The position numbers were made by a program, and so were the translations under genes. Below the pieces are notes generated by a model that was given only the letters and a program-made list of their open reading frames with translations, was not told the origin of the DNA and did no database searches. DNA of 55,771 nt, counting the filler, from Sphacelaria rigidula (Eukaryota), in NCBI GenBank assembly GCA_964200075.2. It is 5 parts of 5 records of this genome, joined end to end, with 100 filler letters (N's around TTAATTAATTAA, not from the genome) between each part and the next. Parts side by side here need not be neighbours in the genome. Positions count along the whole stretch, not along the records: positions 1 to 11,075 come from CAXNAA020005425.1; positions 11,176 to 22,249 come from CAXNAA020005426.1; 3 more parts are not named here. One strand, written 5' to 3'. This document shows positions 1 through 12,097 of this stretch, in pieces (the first letter of the stretch is position 1; each line of letters starts with the position of its first letter).

Positions 1-212
1 CTATTGGACACGGATTTTTGTTCAGCGGCCGCTCTCGAAACCTTGGAGCCAAGCGAATCTGAAAAGTGGGCTAGGCCCCTCTTTGTGGGGTGATGCAAAG
101 TGTCCAAGACGTGTGCTGGCGATTATCCCTGTTCGGGGCTCGAAAAGTGGCTTAAACGCCACAGAAATGGACAATCCGTGGACCAAAAATCTGTGTGCCA
201 TAACATCCGGCC
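1..212. mobile_element. Terminal arm of a long-TIR foldback MITE family (PIF/Harbinger-like), truncated at the contig start
   Basis: Ends ...cataacatccggcc followed by TTA. Homologous to the arms at 12827-13264 and 24658-25355. Confidence 0.7.
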
Positions 213-733
213 TTATTATGCTATGAAATTTCCTATGGAGAACCGATGGTGCATAATCGAGATAGAAGAAACAGCTTGATACTTTTTTTCGTTTTTTCGT
301 TTTTTTATTTCCCCGATTTTTAGGTAGTTTCGAGGAGAAATGCACACTGCTTTTGGGCCTTATCTCAATATTTGAGCCCAATTTTTAGAGGATTGATTAA
401 AATGCAGGATGAAAAACCACAGAGGTATGCTGAAAAAAAAATGGGCCCTCAAATGTTTTTTCGGGGGGGGGGAGAGGTTCGGGTGTTTTCGTTAAAAAAT
501 GGTCGTTTCCATACTAAAACGCCGTAAGCCAGTGAAAGTAAAAAAAAATCAACCTGACCCACGTTGTTTTGTAAATCAGGCCCCAGCCACGGCCCACACA
601 AAGTTTCAATACACAAACACCAAACGTGGACCGGTAGGTGGCCTGAAAAATACTGTTCCGAATTTATTCTCACCCCGTCACTAAACGGCCCATTAACCCG
701 TATGGGACTGACCCCTCACTAACACAGGGTTAA

Positions 734-1039
734 CCCTGTGTTAGTGCAATAGCAAAAACTAAGTCTTCAAGCGACTTGCCCGATCATGGCGAGGCGAAAT
801 TTATCGACCAGACCCGAACGACCAGCGCGGGGATTGTCGGCGAGTGTGATGCCTCTGCAAAGATCGTGTTGGGGCCCTATCCCTCGCCCAGATAAGCCTT
901 CCCAGGTTTCCAAGTGCAGGGCGGTCGGAACTTGGTTTTTTGGTATTACTTGCACTCAGTATAGCGTTCCCGAGTTTTTCCGGAGGGTTTGTTGGATCAC
1001 AATTTTATGCTTACACATAGTAATTACACTAACACAGGG
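734..1039. mobile_element. piggyBac-like MITE (CCC...GGG TIRs)
   Basis: Left TTAA|ccctgtgttagtgcaat and right attacactaacacaggg form a 17-bp inverted repeat with 1 mismatch. The right-hand TTAA is absent. Confidence 0.5.
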
Positions 1040-1264
1040 TGGAGCGGAAAAAAAACGGGAAAGAGTGTACATGCTACAATGTGGTCATTTTCATGAGGCA
1101 CTAAATCCAGGCGAGCCGTGGAAAGACAAAAGGAGCTACCGTCATGAATTCCGCTTATCCCTGTGCCGATGCCTTGCAGTGTGCAGTCAACATGCATGTA
1201 GTGGGCGGGGATGAAGAAGCTCTCCACCGCGACCCATCCTGCTTGCTACATCAGATGTACACTA

Positions 1265-1564
1265 AAAACAACGTCTTCGTGAGGTTGAGAGTAGAGCGCA
1301 GATCGAGAGTGGCTACCATCATTCGCGTTAGCTTAGCCAATCGTTCATTCCGTGTGTCCTCTTCTTTCCTTCCATCACTGCCGTGTGCGTACAGCTACAC
1401 GTGGATATCCTACTCAGGGATATCAAGCGCCTCAGTGGCAAGCTACTACAGAAAGAGTATCGGGCCTCGTGGAGGGTCATTTCGGAACCGAAACGATTCA
1501 TTCGCTGATTGACCGCTTTTCACCCTCAATTGTATCCTCTACTCTCGATCTCACGATTTTTTTT
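1265..1564. mobile_element. About 300-bp TIR element inserted in a dispersed repeat
   Basis: Imperfect TIRs (tcgtgaggttgagagtagag / ctctactctcgatctcacga) flanked by CACTA on both sides (1260-64, 1565-69). The empty site is visible in the homologous copy near 9745. Confidence 0.7.
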
Positions 1565-2894
1565 CACTACCTAATGCGCACCCTGCACCTGAAAATAGAT
1601 AGGATGAAACTTTCGATCTTCGTNNNNNNNNNNACACGCCACTGTTTCGTGCAGACGCCAGACACGTCATTCCTAACCAGCCTCATTGGTCGTTCTGGAG
1701 GCCTTGTCCCCGAAGTGTTAACCGGCCAATATTTGGAGTTGGACACTGAAATTTGGTATGGACAATGAATAGGGCATAATAAAAACAAATACCAGTGCAC
1801 GCAAGTTTTTATTTTTCATGAGGTCAGGGCATTACTCATTATACCTTTCGATATATTATGAGGGTGCATCAGCTGGGGTCAAACAGGAGCAATGCAAACA
1901 GTTTTTTTTCTTGTTGTGAGGAATGATGATGAATAATTGACGACGTGAACACTAAAAACAATGAAAATGAAGATCACGATAAACATAGTATTGATCACTT
2001 TGAAGAGGCCGACGCGGCCGCGCGTAACACCGGGGGTGGATACTGCATCACCGGCGATAATAAAAAAGAGGGCTCCCCGCCTAGAAATGATTTTGTGATT
2101 TTTGTTCAGCTACGTTGACTACACCTTCATCGTCTTGATTCAATTTCAACTACTATACCGCACGTTCGAAACTCACAGGGTAGGGAGGTGAGTAATCCTC
2201 GTTTCATCTTCTCCGGCACTATTGTTGTTACAGTATCTCTATTGTTCGGGTGATGCAGCAGACGACTGCGGGTATGAACGACCAACCAAACGTGATACGA
2301 AGAACAGTGGAGTGGAGATCGATAGATCAGCAGGTAGGGGCAAGTCGATTGAAGTAAATATGAAAATATATTCTGAGAGGCGAGGACATGCCACTACAGC
2401 GACCGTGTGCTTATTGAGTGAAGGAATGGGGTGGCTCTGGGACCATTTACAGCTGTTTTAGCACGATTGATGGTAAAGTTGTACTCAGCATGCCAACTTT
2501 GAATTTCAGACCAGCTACTTGTACAGTCACTTTTACATTGTATGTACTCTACCGTAGTCCTGCTACTACTGTATATAATACAGCTGCTGTACTCCCTGTC
2601 CGGTCTTTTTAGGGAACGCTTCAACTCTCATCTCTCAGTGTCTTGCCGTAGTACCGTACCGCTGATCTGGACGATCTCTCAAGGGATGACAGCAAGCTTG
2701 TTAAGTTCGCTTCATATGCTGCAATCACCCTTGTTGTGCGGTAATTCTGCCTTATCGACGCACAGCCACGGTGTAGATCCTTGTGACTGGTGCTTCCCAA
2801 CGAACTGACAACCAGAGCTGAGGCGAGCTGCTGGGTCTTTGCAGGAGAATTTCGTTGGAGAAAATATGCCAGAACTTCGACTTCGATTGATTCG

Positions 2895-3342
2895 ATGCGC
2901 TATTCGTCCACCACGGTCCCCAGGATGAACAATCGTGCACATCTAGTGATGGGCTCGGCCCTCGGTCCTTGAACCCCCCTCCAAAATCGAGACCGTCTAC
3001 TGTCGACTGTCCAGGGACTTTCAACCTCCGGTACACACGTCCAATTCCTCACTGGACAAAGCCCCAAAATACTGAGGAGGTCGTGGAGAAGTGAACACGG
3101 CAGAAGGGTGAGGCGTAGCGTGCAACACTTTGCAACGCGCGCCCCAAACACCCACCAAAGATGCTCGGCACTCTGGGTCCCCGTAATTCCCTCGCTACGT
3201 TGACAGTTACTTTTATGCGCTATTTGCCCACCAAGAGTCCAAACAAGCAGGCATATCAGCGATCGGCTACGCCCTCGGTCCTTGAACGCCACTCCAAAAT
3301 CGAGACTGTCTGCTGTCGACAGTCCTGGGACTGTCATCCTCC
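2895..3342 (+). repeat. Diverged direct repeat of about 130 bp, two copies (2895-3029, 3215-3342)
   Basis: Shared atgcgctatt...gccctcggtccttgaac...ctccaaaatcgagac...tgtcgac...gggact. Confidence 0.8.
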
Positions 3343-3604
3343 ACTAGCTGTATTCCTGACACCGACCATCCCTTGACCATCCCAAAATTGATCAACCCAC
3401 CATACAGCAGATAAACTGTGCAAGCGATGACTGACAACGGCGAAGGTAGTATAAACGCGGAGGTCTTGCCTTGGATGAAAGGAAAGAGATTTTGAGACCA
3501 GCCTTCGGTCAGTGAATTTTTTACCTCGAGAAGCAGAGCGCGCGGCTGACTGTAAAAAATTAGTAAAATATGGGGGAACTGCAATAATTAGACGCAAATA
3601 CGAG

Positions 3605-4865
3605 CAAGGGTAGGTCGAGCAAAGTATGTACTTTTGAGTACTCGAGTAAAATACTCAAGTATTTACTCTACTCGACGGTTGAGTAGGTCGAGTACGGCCT
3701 GAAATACTCTACTCAAATTTTGAGTACGTCGAGTACGACCTCAAATACTCTACTCAAATAGTGAGTTAAGCACTCTCAGCAATACTCGAGTACAGAGTAT
3801 CACTTGAGTATGACCTCAATACTCTACTGAAATTTTGAGTACGTTGAGTATGATCTCAAATGCTCTACTCAAACTTCGAGTACGTCGAGTACGGCCTCAA
3901 ATACTCTACTCAAATTTTGAGTAGATCGAGTATGACTTCAAATACTCTACTCAAATATTGAGTAAGCACTCTCTGTAATACTTGAGTATAGAGTACCCCT
4001 TGGGTATGGTGAGTACCCCTGACCGTCGGCGACTTCGTGACGTCACTTTACAGGCTACGTTGAATGCATGGGCGAACGATGGTCATGAAAAAATATAAAA
4101 GCGTGCAGGTGAATGAACCTACTGTACCTGCCCCAGCGCCCCATCTCACCAGCCCCCACCCACGGCAGTTCATACTCGATACGTCGCAACGCCTTCGATA
4201 TTACTTTCAGTACAGAGCGCTACTCATCATTATAGAGTAATCGAAAAGACGAGTAGTTGAGTAGGTATTATCAAAATGAGCGACTCTACTGGCCACATAT
4301 GTGACTCCTTCATGGGAGAGTCAGCGGTGGAAACGGTGCAAGACGGGAAAACATCGCAACAATCGCCAGAGGAAGGAAGACGTTGAAGTTATAGGTTTTG
4401 GTAGATCGGACCAGACCTCCGATACTCTACTCAAGTTTTGAGTAGGTCGAGTTCGGCCTCAAATACCCTACTCAAATTTTGAGTACGAAGAGTACGGCAT
4501 CAAATACTCTACTCAAATTTTGAGTACGTTGAGTATGATCTCACATACTCTACTCAAACTTTGAGTACGTTGACTACGACCTCAAATGCTCTACTCAAAT
4601 TTTGAGTACGTTGAGTACGACCTCGAATACTCTACTCAAATGTTGAGTAAGCACTCTCAGTAATACTTGAGCATAGAGTATCGCTTGAGTATGACCTCAA
4701 TACTCTACTGAAATTTTGAGTACGTTGAGTACGGCCTCAAATAGTCTACTGAAATTTTGAGTACGTTAAGTATGATCTCAAATGCTCTACTCAAACTTCG
4801 AGTACGTTGAGTATGACTCTTCAAAAATAATGAGTATTGAGTATACTCTACTTGACCTACCCTTG
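3605..4865. mobile_element. Non-autonomous TIR element (P- or hAT-like) filled with tandem repeats of about 39 bp
   Basis: TIR caagggtaggtcgag / cttgacctacccttg. Perfect 8-bp TSD AATACGAG (3597-3604, 4866-4873). Arrays of tactctactcaaattttgagtacg lie on both sides of a unique core. Confidence 0.9.
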
Positions 4866-6989
4866 AATACGAGTCAACCATCAAGTTCCAATCATATGTG
4901 AGGGTAGGATACTGCGACATCCAGTGTGGTGGACACTTCTAATCTTCACGGCGCGCCTTCACAGGGATTTTCGCGGGAGTAAAGCCGTGCGCCTGGCATT
5001 ACTACGATGCTTGCTTGTCGGTCCCCTCCGGCAGCGGCGGCACATCTTGAGCTTTTGCGTTCCTTGCTATCCTCCCCCGGCGCCCTAGCTCCGATGGCGA
5101 AAGGGTGAAACATCAACGGTGCCCGAGGGGAAGACCTGCACCGGCACGGTGGCCCCGTTACACACGTGCATGTGTGGAGTATGACGTGCAATGTGGGCAA
5201 CTGACGATGAAAGCAGGGACACTGAACCTAGACTACGTTGCTCAATTTTGGGTCATTTTCCATGAAATTTGAACACGATGTATGTGAGGTATGTGCCGAG
5301 ACTCTACGTTTCCCGCTTTCTACACATCTTTTTTGTGAGCTATTCGCTATTTAGTTCCGAAAACTGTTATGATATTTACCGTGGCCGACAACTTACGAAA
5401 ATAATGAAGAAAAAGTAAAGGGGGGGGAAATTGGGTATGTGCGAAGACCGTACTTTCCCCCCACGACTTTTTTTTCAACGAGTTATCGACGGCTTTTTGC
5501 CGACAAAAATGTTGCGAAATTCCTGTCCTCTGTCACCGATGACTCAGGAGGAAAAGAAAAGGAGAGAGGGGAGAAAAGTGTGGTCCTTGCGCACACCGCG
5601 TGTACATCGTGTCGAGGTTTTATAGGAAATAACTTGAAATAGAACAGCGTAACCGCGTTTTTTTTCTGTCGAACGCGGGTTGACTTGCTTTAAGAATACA
5701 ACCTCAGCCGAAACTTTGACGTTCTCTACAAGATTTTTTCACCCGCTGCTCACCGGTTTGTACACTTGTACCAGACGTCTTCGCGCGCTTGGGGCCTCGT
5801 CTGCGTGCCATCTTGGACACTGCACGCCTACAGTACGACATGCATTGTTGTACAACCACAACTTGTGCGGCACCACGAGTTGCGGCCTCGGCACAACCGA
5901 CTGTAACCGAAAATTCGATCTTGGCTGGATTTTGTTCTGTTAGTTCCGCCGCATGTGTCACCATCAACTCTCTGCATTTTGCAGGTGGTCACAGTTTGGT
6001 ATTTAGTTTCACGGGAACTTGTCGGATCGCAGGGCCAGGTAGATCGAGAGACGCGCGTTGATTCGCCGATTACCGTGATGTGTCATAGTAGGCACAACTC
6101 GCGCTATATCGGTCAGAACGGGCCGAAGGAAAGTGAGCTTCTGGGGCGGCCCAGCTTGTACTGAAATTCGACGACTGGTCGAACAACAGTCCTGAGCTCC
6201 CATCAAAACGGCGGAAATCATTTGACTATTGAGGGTATGTATATGATTCGGCGTTGGCATTATTTCAAAACTCTGGCTACATGGACCTCCCGTTGACTGC
6301 TCATCATTCCTCAAATCATGACGTTTCGAGTAGTATTCATTACCAAGCACGATGGGTTAATCACTCCCAGAAATTCAAGGAGGCCTTTGCGTCCTGTAAC
6401 GTCGGTAACCTGTTCACGACGCGATCAAGTGTGTGTCGCATACCGAGAAGTAGTTGACTTATTGAGAGTGCTGATAAGTCGGTGGTGACTGGATATCCTG
6501 ATGCGGCGGCAACGAAACACCCGACTGTGCTGGGGGCGTGCGCGTGTAGCATAATAGGGGCTACCTGGCTGTGTCTGCTGAGTGGAAGCCTCTGACACGA
6601 AAGAAGTCGTGATCACTTATTCAGTACCTCGCTGACAATTGAGCGTTGCATTTTTCTTACCCTGGACACTAGATTACATCGCCAAAAAATATACTGCGTA
6701 CAGTATGGGATCTCTTGTCTATTGCAATAGACAAAATATCCCATACTGTACGCAGTACATTTTTTGACAATGTGACCTATTGTCCAGGGTGTGGCATTTT
6801 TCATCGTCGATAATATATTCGCAATGATAGAATCAACTCTATTGGTGAAGATTAATCAACACCACGTCTCCCAGATCTTGGCGATTCATGCAAAATGCTA
6901 TCCCACAGTGTCCGTCACACAAGTGACACAGACGCTACTCGGCGGCTACAATGCATTCGTGCCACATCAACTCCTGCCGTACTCACGGC

Positions 6990-7640
6990 ATGCAACGGGC
7001 GTCGCCGCATACGACCGGAACTCCGACACCGTCGACTGGTCACCACCTGGTGTAGTCTCACGGTGCATGGATGCTCTCGGCCGCTCAGAAGTCGCCGAGG
7101 TCCGGAAACCTGTGGCCACCCAAATCACCGTCGCTCTCCGATTCGCTTCAATCTGCTAGCGTCATCGACGTGGATAAAATTTTCAAAACAAATATCGGCT
7201 AGCGCTTCAACCCACCGCGGTGGCTATCAAGGGTCCCATTGCCTTGTCCACAAGTGTTCGAGAGACGATCTGACCCTCCTCTTTCGAGGATGCTTTCCTC
7301 ACGCCTGACTTTGCAACAGAAGAAACCGCAAGAATACATGGAGCCTGAGTCTTGTTTGGTCACAAGCGACATCCAAGGAGCATGTGCGACGGTCACAACC
7401 TCGCACGTAAATGAGGACCATGACGTGATGCCCACATGCGTAAGATAGCGAGCATCGATCACAGGTTTGCACCAGCTGCACACATGATGCCCCATGTCCA
7501 CCTCATCGCAACTTCAATACGTGAGGGATCGATTATCGGAAAAGACCGCGTGTGCTGCACGTCTAAACATCCCTCCTCTTTTCTACATGTGACCTGCATG
7601 CCGACCGACCAAAAATACGAAACCGCCGTGGTCCTTCGCC
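6990..7640 (-). pseudogene. Possible decayed Ulp1/C48 (SUMO protease-like) coding remnant
   Basis: Minus-strand fragments SYFWSVGM...PIIDPS, VTKQDSGSMYSCGFFCCK (like Q-x-DCG-x-F) and DQSTVSEFRSY. Broken by stops and frameshifts. Confidence 0.35.
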
Positions 7641-8254
7641 CGACTCGTCTTCGTCGGAGCGCCAATCGGGCGCACGCCGATTCAAACCTGACACGTTATT
7701 CCTACCACTGGCGACACACATACGTCCGTCCAGTTTCAGACGGGCTCCTGGTTGTTCGGCGAATTTGTTCAATTGCAGCAATCCCAGCCGCCTTACTAAT
7801 CAAATATGCTTTTTTGTCCCGAGTTCCACCTTGTTGCGCGAGGGCCAAACAACTGTACTCTTTTCACTAGTGGCGTTCGATAAACCTCGAACCTAACCTC
7901 CAGTGATTTTCGATTTTGCCACGTTGTGCTCACATTTTATGTCCTTCACCTGGATTTCTCCTCAGAGGCAATTCTCCGAACGACGGGGCCAACGAAATCA
8001 CAAAAGTGGGCTAGAGTCCTCTCAGTGGGGTGATCCAAAGTGTCCACCACATGTGATGGCGATGTTCCCTGCCCGGGGGGCAAAAACCCTGCAAACGATC
8101 CTGAGTCTGAACCACACATCGCCCCCCCCCAAAATAAATCGTAAGTAACGATCTCAACTACAAGAAAATAAATCAGCCATATTCTGCCATTGAATACGGT
8201 ACTGGACTTACCGTCAGCGGACCCCGCCATGTTCGGCATAGCATCAACTGCGTG

Positions 8255-9890
8255 TGCACCGCAAACACCTTTGCACCCGCAATATCCGTACGCGCATGGT
8301 TTGCCTTGCCTGCCACAACTGCAGTTCCGACAGTCGTGGCCCGTTACTTTGATTGGATTTCAATGACACTTTACGTCTGATACGCCCCTTCTGCAGCAGA
8401 AGCGCATGGGGCGACTGTCTAAACATATTATACTTGCTCGAGGCCGCAGAGTTGTCCCCGTCTTTTGTGCACCAGCCACGGCGTTCGAGCTATGCGTGAG
8501 GGGTGGGTAATCGCAAAGGTCCTTTCCAGTATCCCAAGGCGTCGTTGACCCTGCGCACCTGCAGCTCCAGCGCATACCACCTCGGGCGGTTCTTGTTCCC
8601 CGTTGCGCCCCTGTCCCAGCAGCAGCGGAGGTCTCGTGGCGTAGGGAGATCTGGTCAATTGTCCACTCGCCCTTCTCTTTCCTCGCGAACAGCGTGGTCT
8701 CCGCTTGCTCTCGGAACTGCAGAGGACATCTGTCGCAGATGCGGCTGGCTGCCTGCGTGGAGGTTGACGCTACCCCCATCTGTGTGGATGGTGCTAGCAG
8801 CCCTCGATCGAAAGAACGCTTCTATTAGTCGAACGTGTGCCCCGGGTGTCGATTCTCGTGTCTTTGGCGCTCGCCTGCGCATAGCGCACATCGCCGCCGC
8901 ATCGCCCTCAATCGGGTGAGGTACACAGGCATCCGTGGCTTGGCGCCCAACCCTCCGCTACTGCTGTCTGTGTCGCTGCGCCCGTGACGTTCATCCGAGG
9001 CCAAAATCCCGTCGCATCGGCCACGGGCTCTTCTGCGGGTAGATGCCAAAATCGAGGTGCGGTGCCTGATGTACGCCGCGGCCGTCGGTGGCAGGCACAG
9101 CGCAATGAATCACCGGAGTGAACGGGACCACCGGGAAACATCGGGCACGGCGTGGTCCACGTCTCTGTCGAACTACACGCTGCCTTTCCGCATGGCATCT
9201 AGATACGCATGCGGCTTTTCGAGGTTTTCACGTCGGACTGCCCGTCGCACGGTTCACCCGTTGAGGTGGGTGGCGTTCGCCGTTGTGCCCCCAAGAGGAC
9301 CGCCGCCAGCAATCCGGCGCCACGTCCCCCATGCTTTGCAGACTGTCGGCAACTGCCGGGGCGTCTTCCGCCCAGTAAAGATGGTAGGTGCCTACCTTCT
9401 ACGGCGGCTGTGCCGTCGCTTGTACTATCCGGCAACGATTCATTGAGGGAAGAACGTGCAAGGGAGTATGCAGCGGCAGCTGCTACAGTCGGGGAGGCGT
9501 ACTGCACTGTACTTGTACTGTACCATACTGTACGTATGCGCGCCGCAAAGCTGATATACCCTTCGAAGAGAATTTGCCGCATGCAACAAAGAGGAAATGG
9601 CGGCCCACCCCGACCACAAAGGGCTGTGTGGCAAGGTGATGAGGACAAAAATACCATCCAAAGCCACAAGTGGCGGGGGGCCTGTCGGTCGCCGTATCCT
9701 CTTGGAAGCTCTCTACCGCGACCTATGCTGCTTGCTACATCAGATGTACACTCCCTAATGTGCATCCTGCACCTGAAAATAGATTGGATGAAACTTTCGG
9801 TCTTCGTCACAACCCTGCGGTTACATACGCGGATTTTCACACGCCACCGTCTGTTTCGTGCAGACGTCAGAGACGTCATTCCTAACTATC
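8255..9890 (-). mobile_element. Decayed Academ-like DNA transposon ORF (XPG/PIN-like nuclease + Cys-rich CXC cluster)
   Basis: Ordered minus-strand motifs: ALDGIFVLITLP, GQSDVK, FDRDVD, GRCDG, WYALELQVRRVNDALGYW...RGW, then KCH*NPIKVTGHDCRNCSCGRQGKPCAYGYCGCKGVC. Confidence 0.5.
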
Positions 9891-11075
9891 TTCACGTCCT
9901 GAAGTATCATTGCCGATCAATGTATTGCCTTGGCTGAGATCGCTCTCGCCGAGCGCTGCGGCGTTAGCAACACTTTCATCACGTCCTCACGTATTGCCGC
10001 TTATAGATCCACTACCTTGGCTGAGATCGCTCTCGTTGAGCGCAGCGGTGTCAGCCGTTGGCCTTGGTGTTTCCGTTTGGAGCCATGTAATTTTGCTTGC
10101 CCCCGAAATTTCTTGGTTGCGTTATATCAACTTGAATTTCTCCCGGAATGCGTAAGCATAACATCATATATCGCACGTAACGACCTCTTCTGTACCGGAG
10201 TTGCATGATTTTCTGCCTCAAATGAAAATTACGCCGATTCAGGAGATGACCCCCCCGGAAGGGAAAGGGTCAACGTTTGGGAGAGTGGGTAATATGTTCG
10301 CTGAATCAGCATCATTTTTACTAGAAAAATATCAACGAGACCCAGATCATCACCCTGGCGGCCACTGGGTTCACCAGCAATCCGAGCACAGCACCACCCT
10401 CCATCGTAGTACTATCTCGAAAACTTGTGGTGACAAGCGGGGCATCACTGTTCAGGAACGTCTTGCTTCTAGTATCCGTTCGTTCGCTTGTCGTTTTTTG
10501 TCTAGCTTTCAGCATACGTTCATGTCTCATCCCATATGTTTGTTTCAGTATTCTCTCGCAACCTGACGCAGGTGCGAACATGTTTTGCTGTGGCAGTAGG
10601 AGCGATGAACACCGATAACTAGGTGCATACTGTGTCCATCACCCGAGATTCTGAATCTCCTCTTGAAATGCCTCTACGAGGTGGGCCAAGTGACAATGAT
10701 TCTTGAGTATTTTTGCGTCTGACGGTGCTAAAGAGAAGATAAGCATTGAAGTTTTGACGAGATATTTTCGTCAACACGCGCAACATTTATCGGGATGCCA
10801 AGAAAAAAAAGGCAATATACAAAAAAGGCTACATGCTGGTACTTCTGGAACAAACAAGGGTAACGCGTGTTTTGCTCTGGGGCGCGGCGCTGCACGCGGG
10901 CTAAGCGCCTCGAAAACACGTTCCAACACTTCAGCCCCACGCTCAAGCTTTCTGGGCAGCATACCCGTCCATTTTTTCCCATTTTCACAAGTGCTACTGG
11001 GCTGAAGTACAGCGCAGAAAATGAGAGCCTGTGAGAGTACGCTTTTTTTTAAACAAATCAGGAGGGTACACCATG

Positions 11076-11175
11076 NNNNNNNNNNNNNNNNNNNNNNNNN
11101 NNNNNNNNNNNNNNNNNNNTTAATTAATTAANNNNNNNNNNNNNNNNNNNNNNNNNNNNNNNNNNNNNNNNNNNN
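11076..11175. other. Artificial contig spacer N44-TTAATTAATTAA-N44
   Basis: Identical 100-bp spacer recurring every 11,174 bp. Confidence 0.98.
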
Positions 11176-11998
11176 AAAAGAAAAAAAAAAGAAAAAAAAA
11201 AAAAAAAAGAAGGGGGGGGCGGGGGGGAGAGGGGAGGAAGGCGTTCCAAAAAATATTTTGTTGTACGCCCTTGGTGTTACTCATGTTGGTCAACCTTATC
11301 CGAAGCCACCATTCGGAAACACATGCAATATTTGTACAGACACGATCACTACTTACTGTACATTGACATACAACAGCCTGTCTTATCCATATATTGTCGA
11401 CTTGCGTCACCCCCGGTGGAACCGTACCAACCTCCCGAAGGGGAACCCTGTATCATATATAATATATAATATATAATATAAAATGATCTCTCCAGTGTCT
11501 ACGTCAGCAGCTGACCGCATCCGCCAACGCTTCGGCAAAAAACTAGGGGACACACGGCTTGGTGTCCCCCCCCCCCGTGCCCCCCCCCCACAAAAAAACT
11601 CGCATTTTTGATCTTGGGGCCTATACTTGTCCCGAAACTTTTTTTCGACTGCCCCTTGGCACAGCCCACTTATTTCTTTTGATTTTTCAAATACAGGTAT
11701 ATTCTAGTATAGGATAATCGGAATAGAAACAAGTGCACTACCCATGTACATGTGTAATATCCTTTGCACGGAGCTGCTGGATCCTCAGCGATTGATGGCC
11801 GCAGCTGCCTGTCTCGTAGCGTCGTATTTGGGAGACAATCGAAGCCATTTCGCCACTCATGCGCCACTCGTTTCTCTGCTCATCTGATTGGAGACAGGTT
11901 GCCGCATTTTCGTACACTAAAAGGCTCTGATTAAAATAGGCGAAAAACCTTGCCGCTCATATTTCTTGCCCCTATACGTAAGCCCTATGCCGTATCGA

Positions 11999-12097
11999 CC
12001 CTTTCACCGCGAGGGTAGGTCACCAGCTGAATCGGCATCAGTGTTCACTTGAAAAAAGATGCATGATCCAGATGAACTACCCGCACCGCGATTCAAG
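11999..12097. mobile_element. Diverged copy of the 98-bp piggyBac-like MITE
   Basis: Aligns by eye to the reverse complement of 14449-14546 (ccct..accgcgagg..atcggcatca..gaaaaaagatgcatg..). Confidence 0.6.

Noticed and set aside
22-381. Recurring ORFs such as MAHRFLAHGLFT..RLGHFASPH (also at 13083 and 25102)
   Set aside because: These are translations of the non-coding TIR arms of one foldback MITE family, not a protein family.
3640-4830. CRISPR-like array (palindromic repeats with a period of about 39 bp)
   Set aside because: Units are contiguous and degenerate with no unique spacers and no cas genes. They lie inside a TIR/TSD-bounded eukaryotic element.
11120-11131. TTAATTAATTAA as a biological motif
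   Set aside because: It is embedded in N runs at exact periodicity, so it is an assembly spacer.
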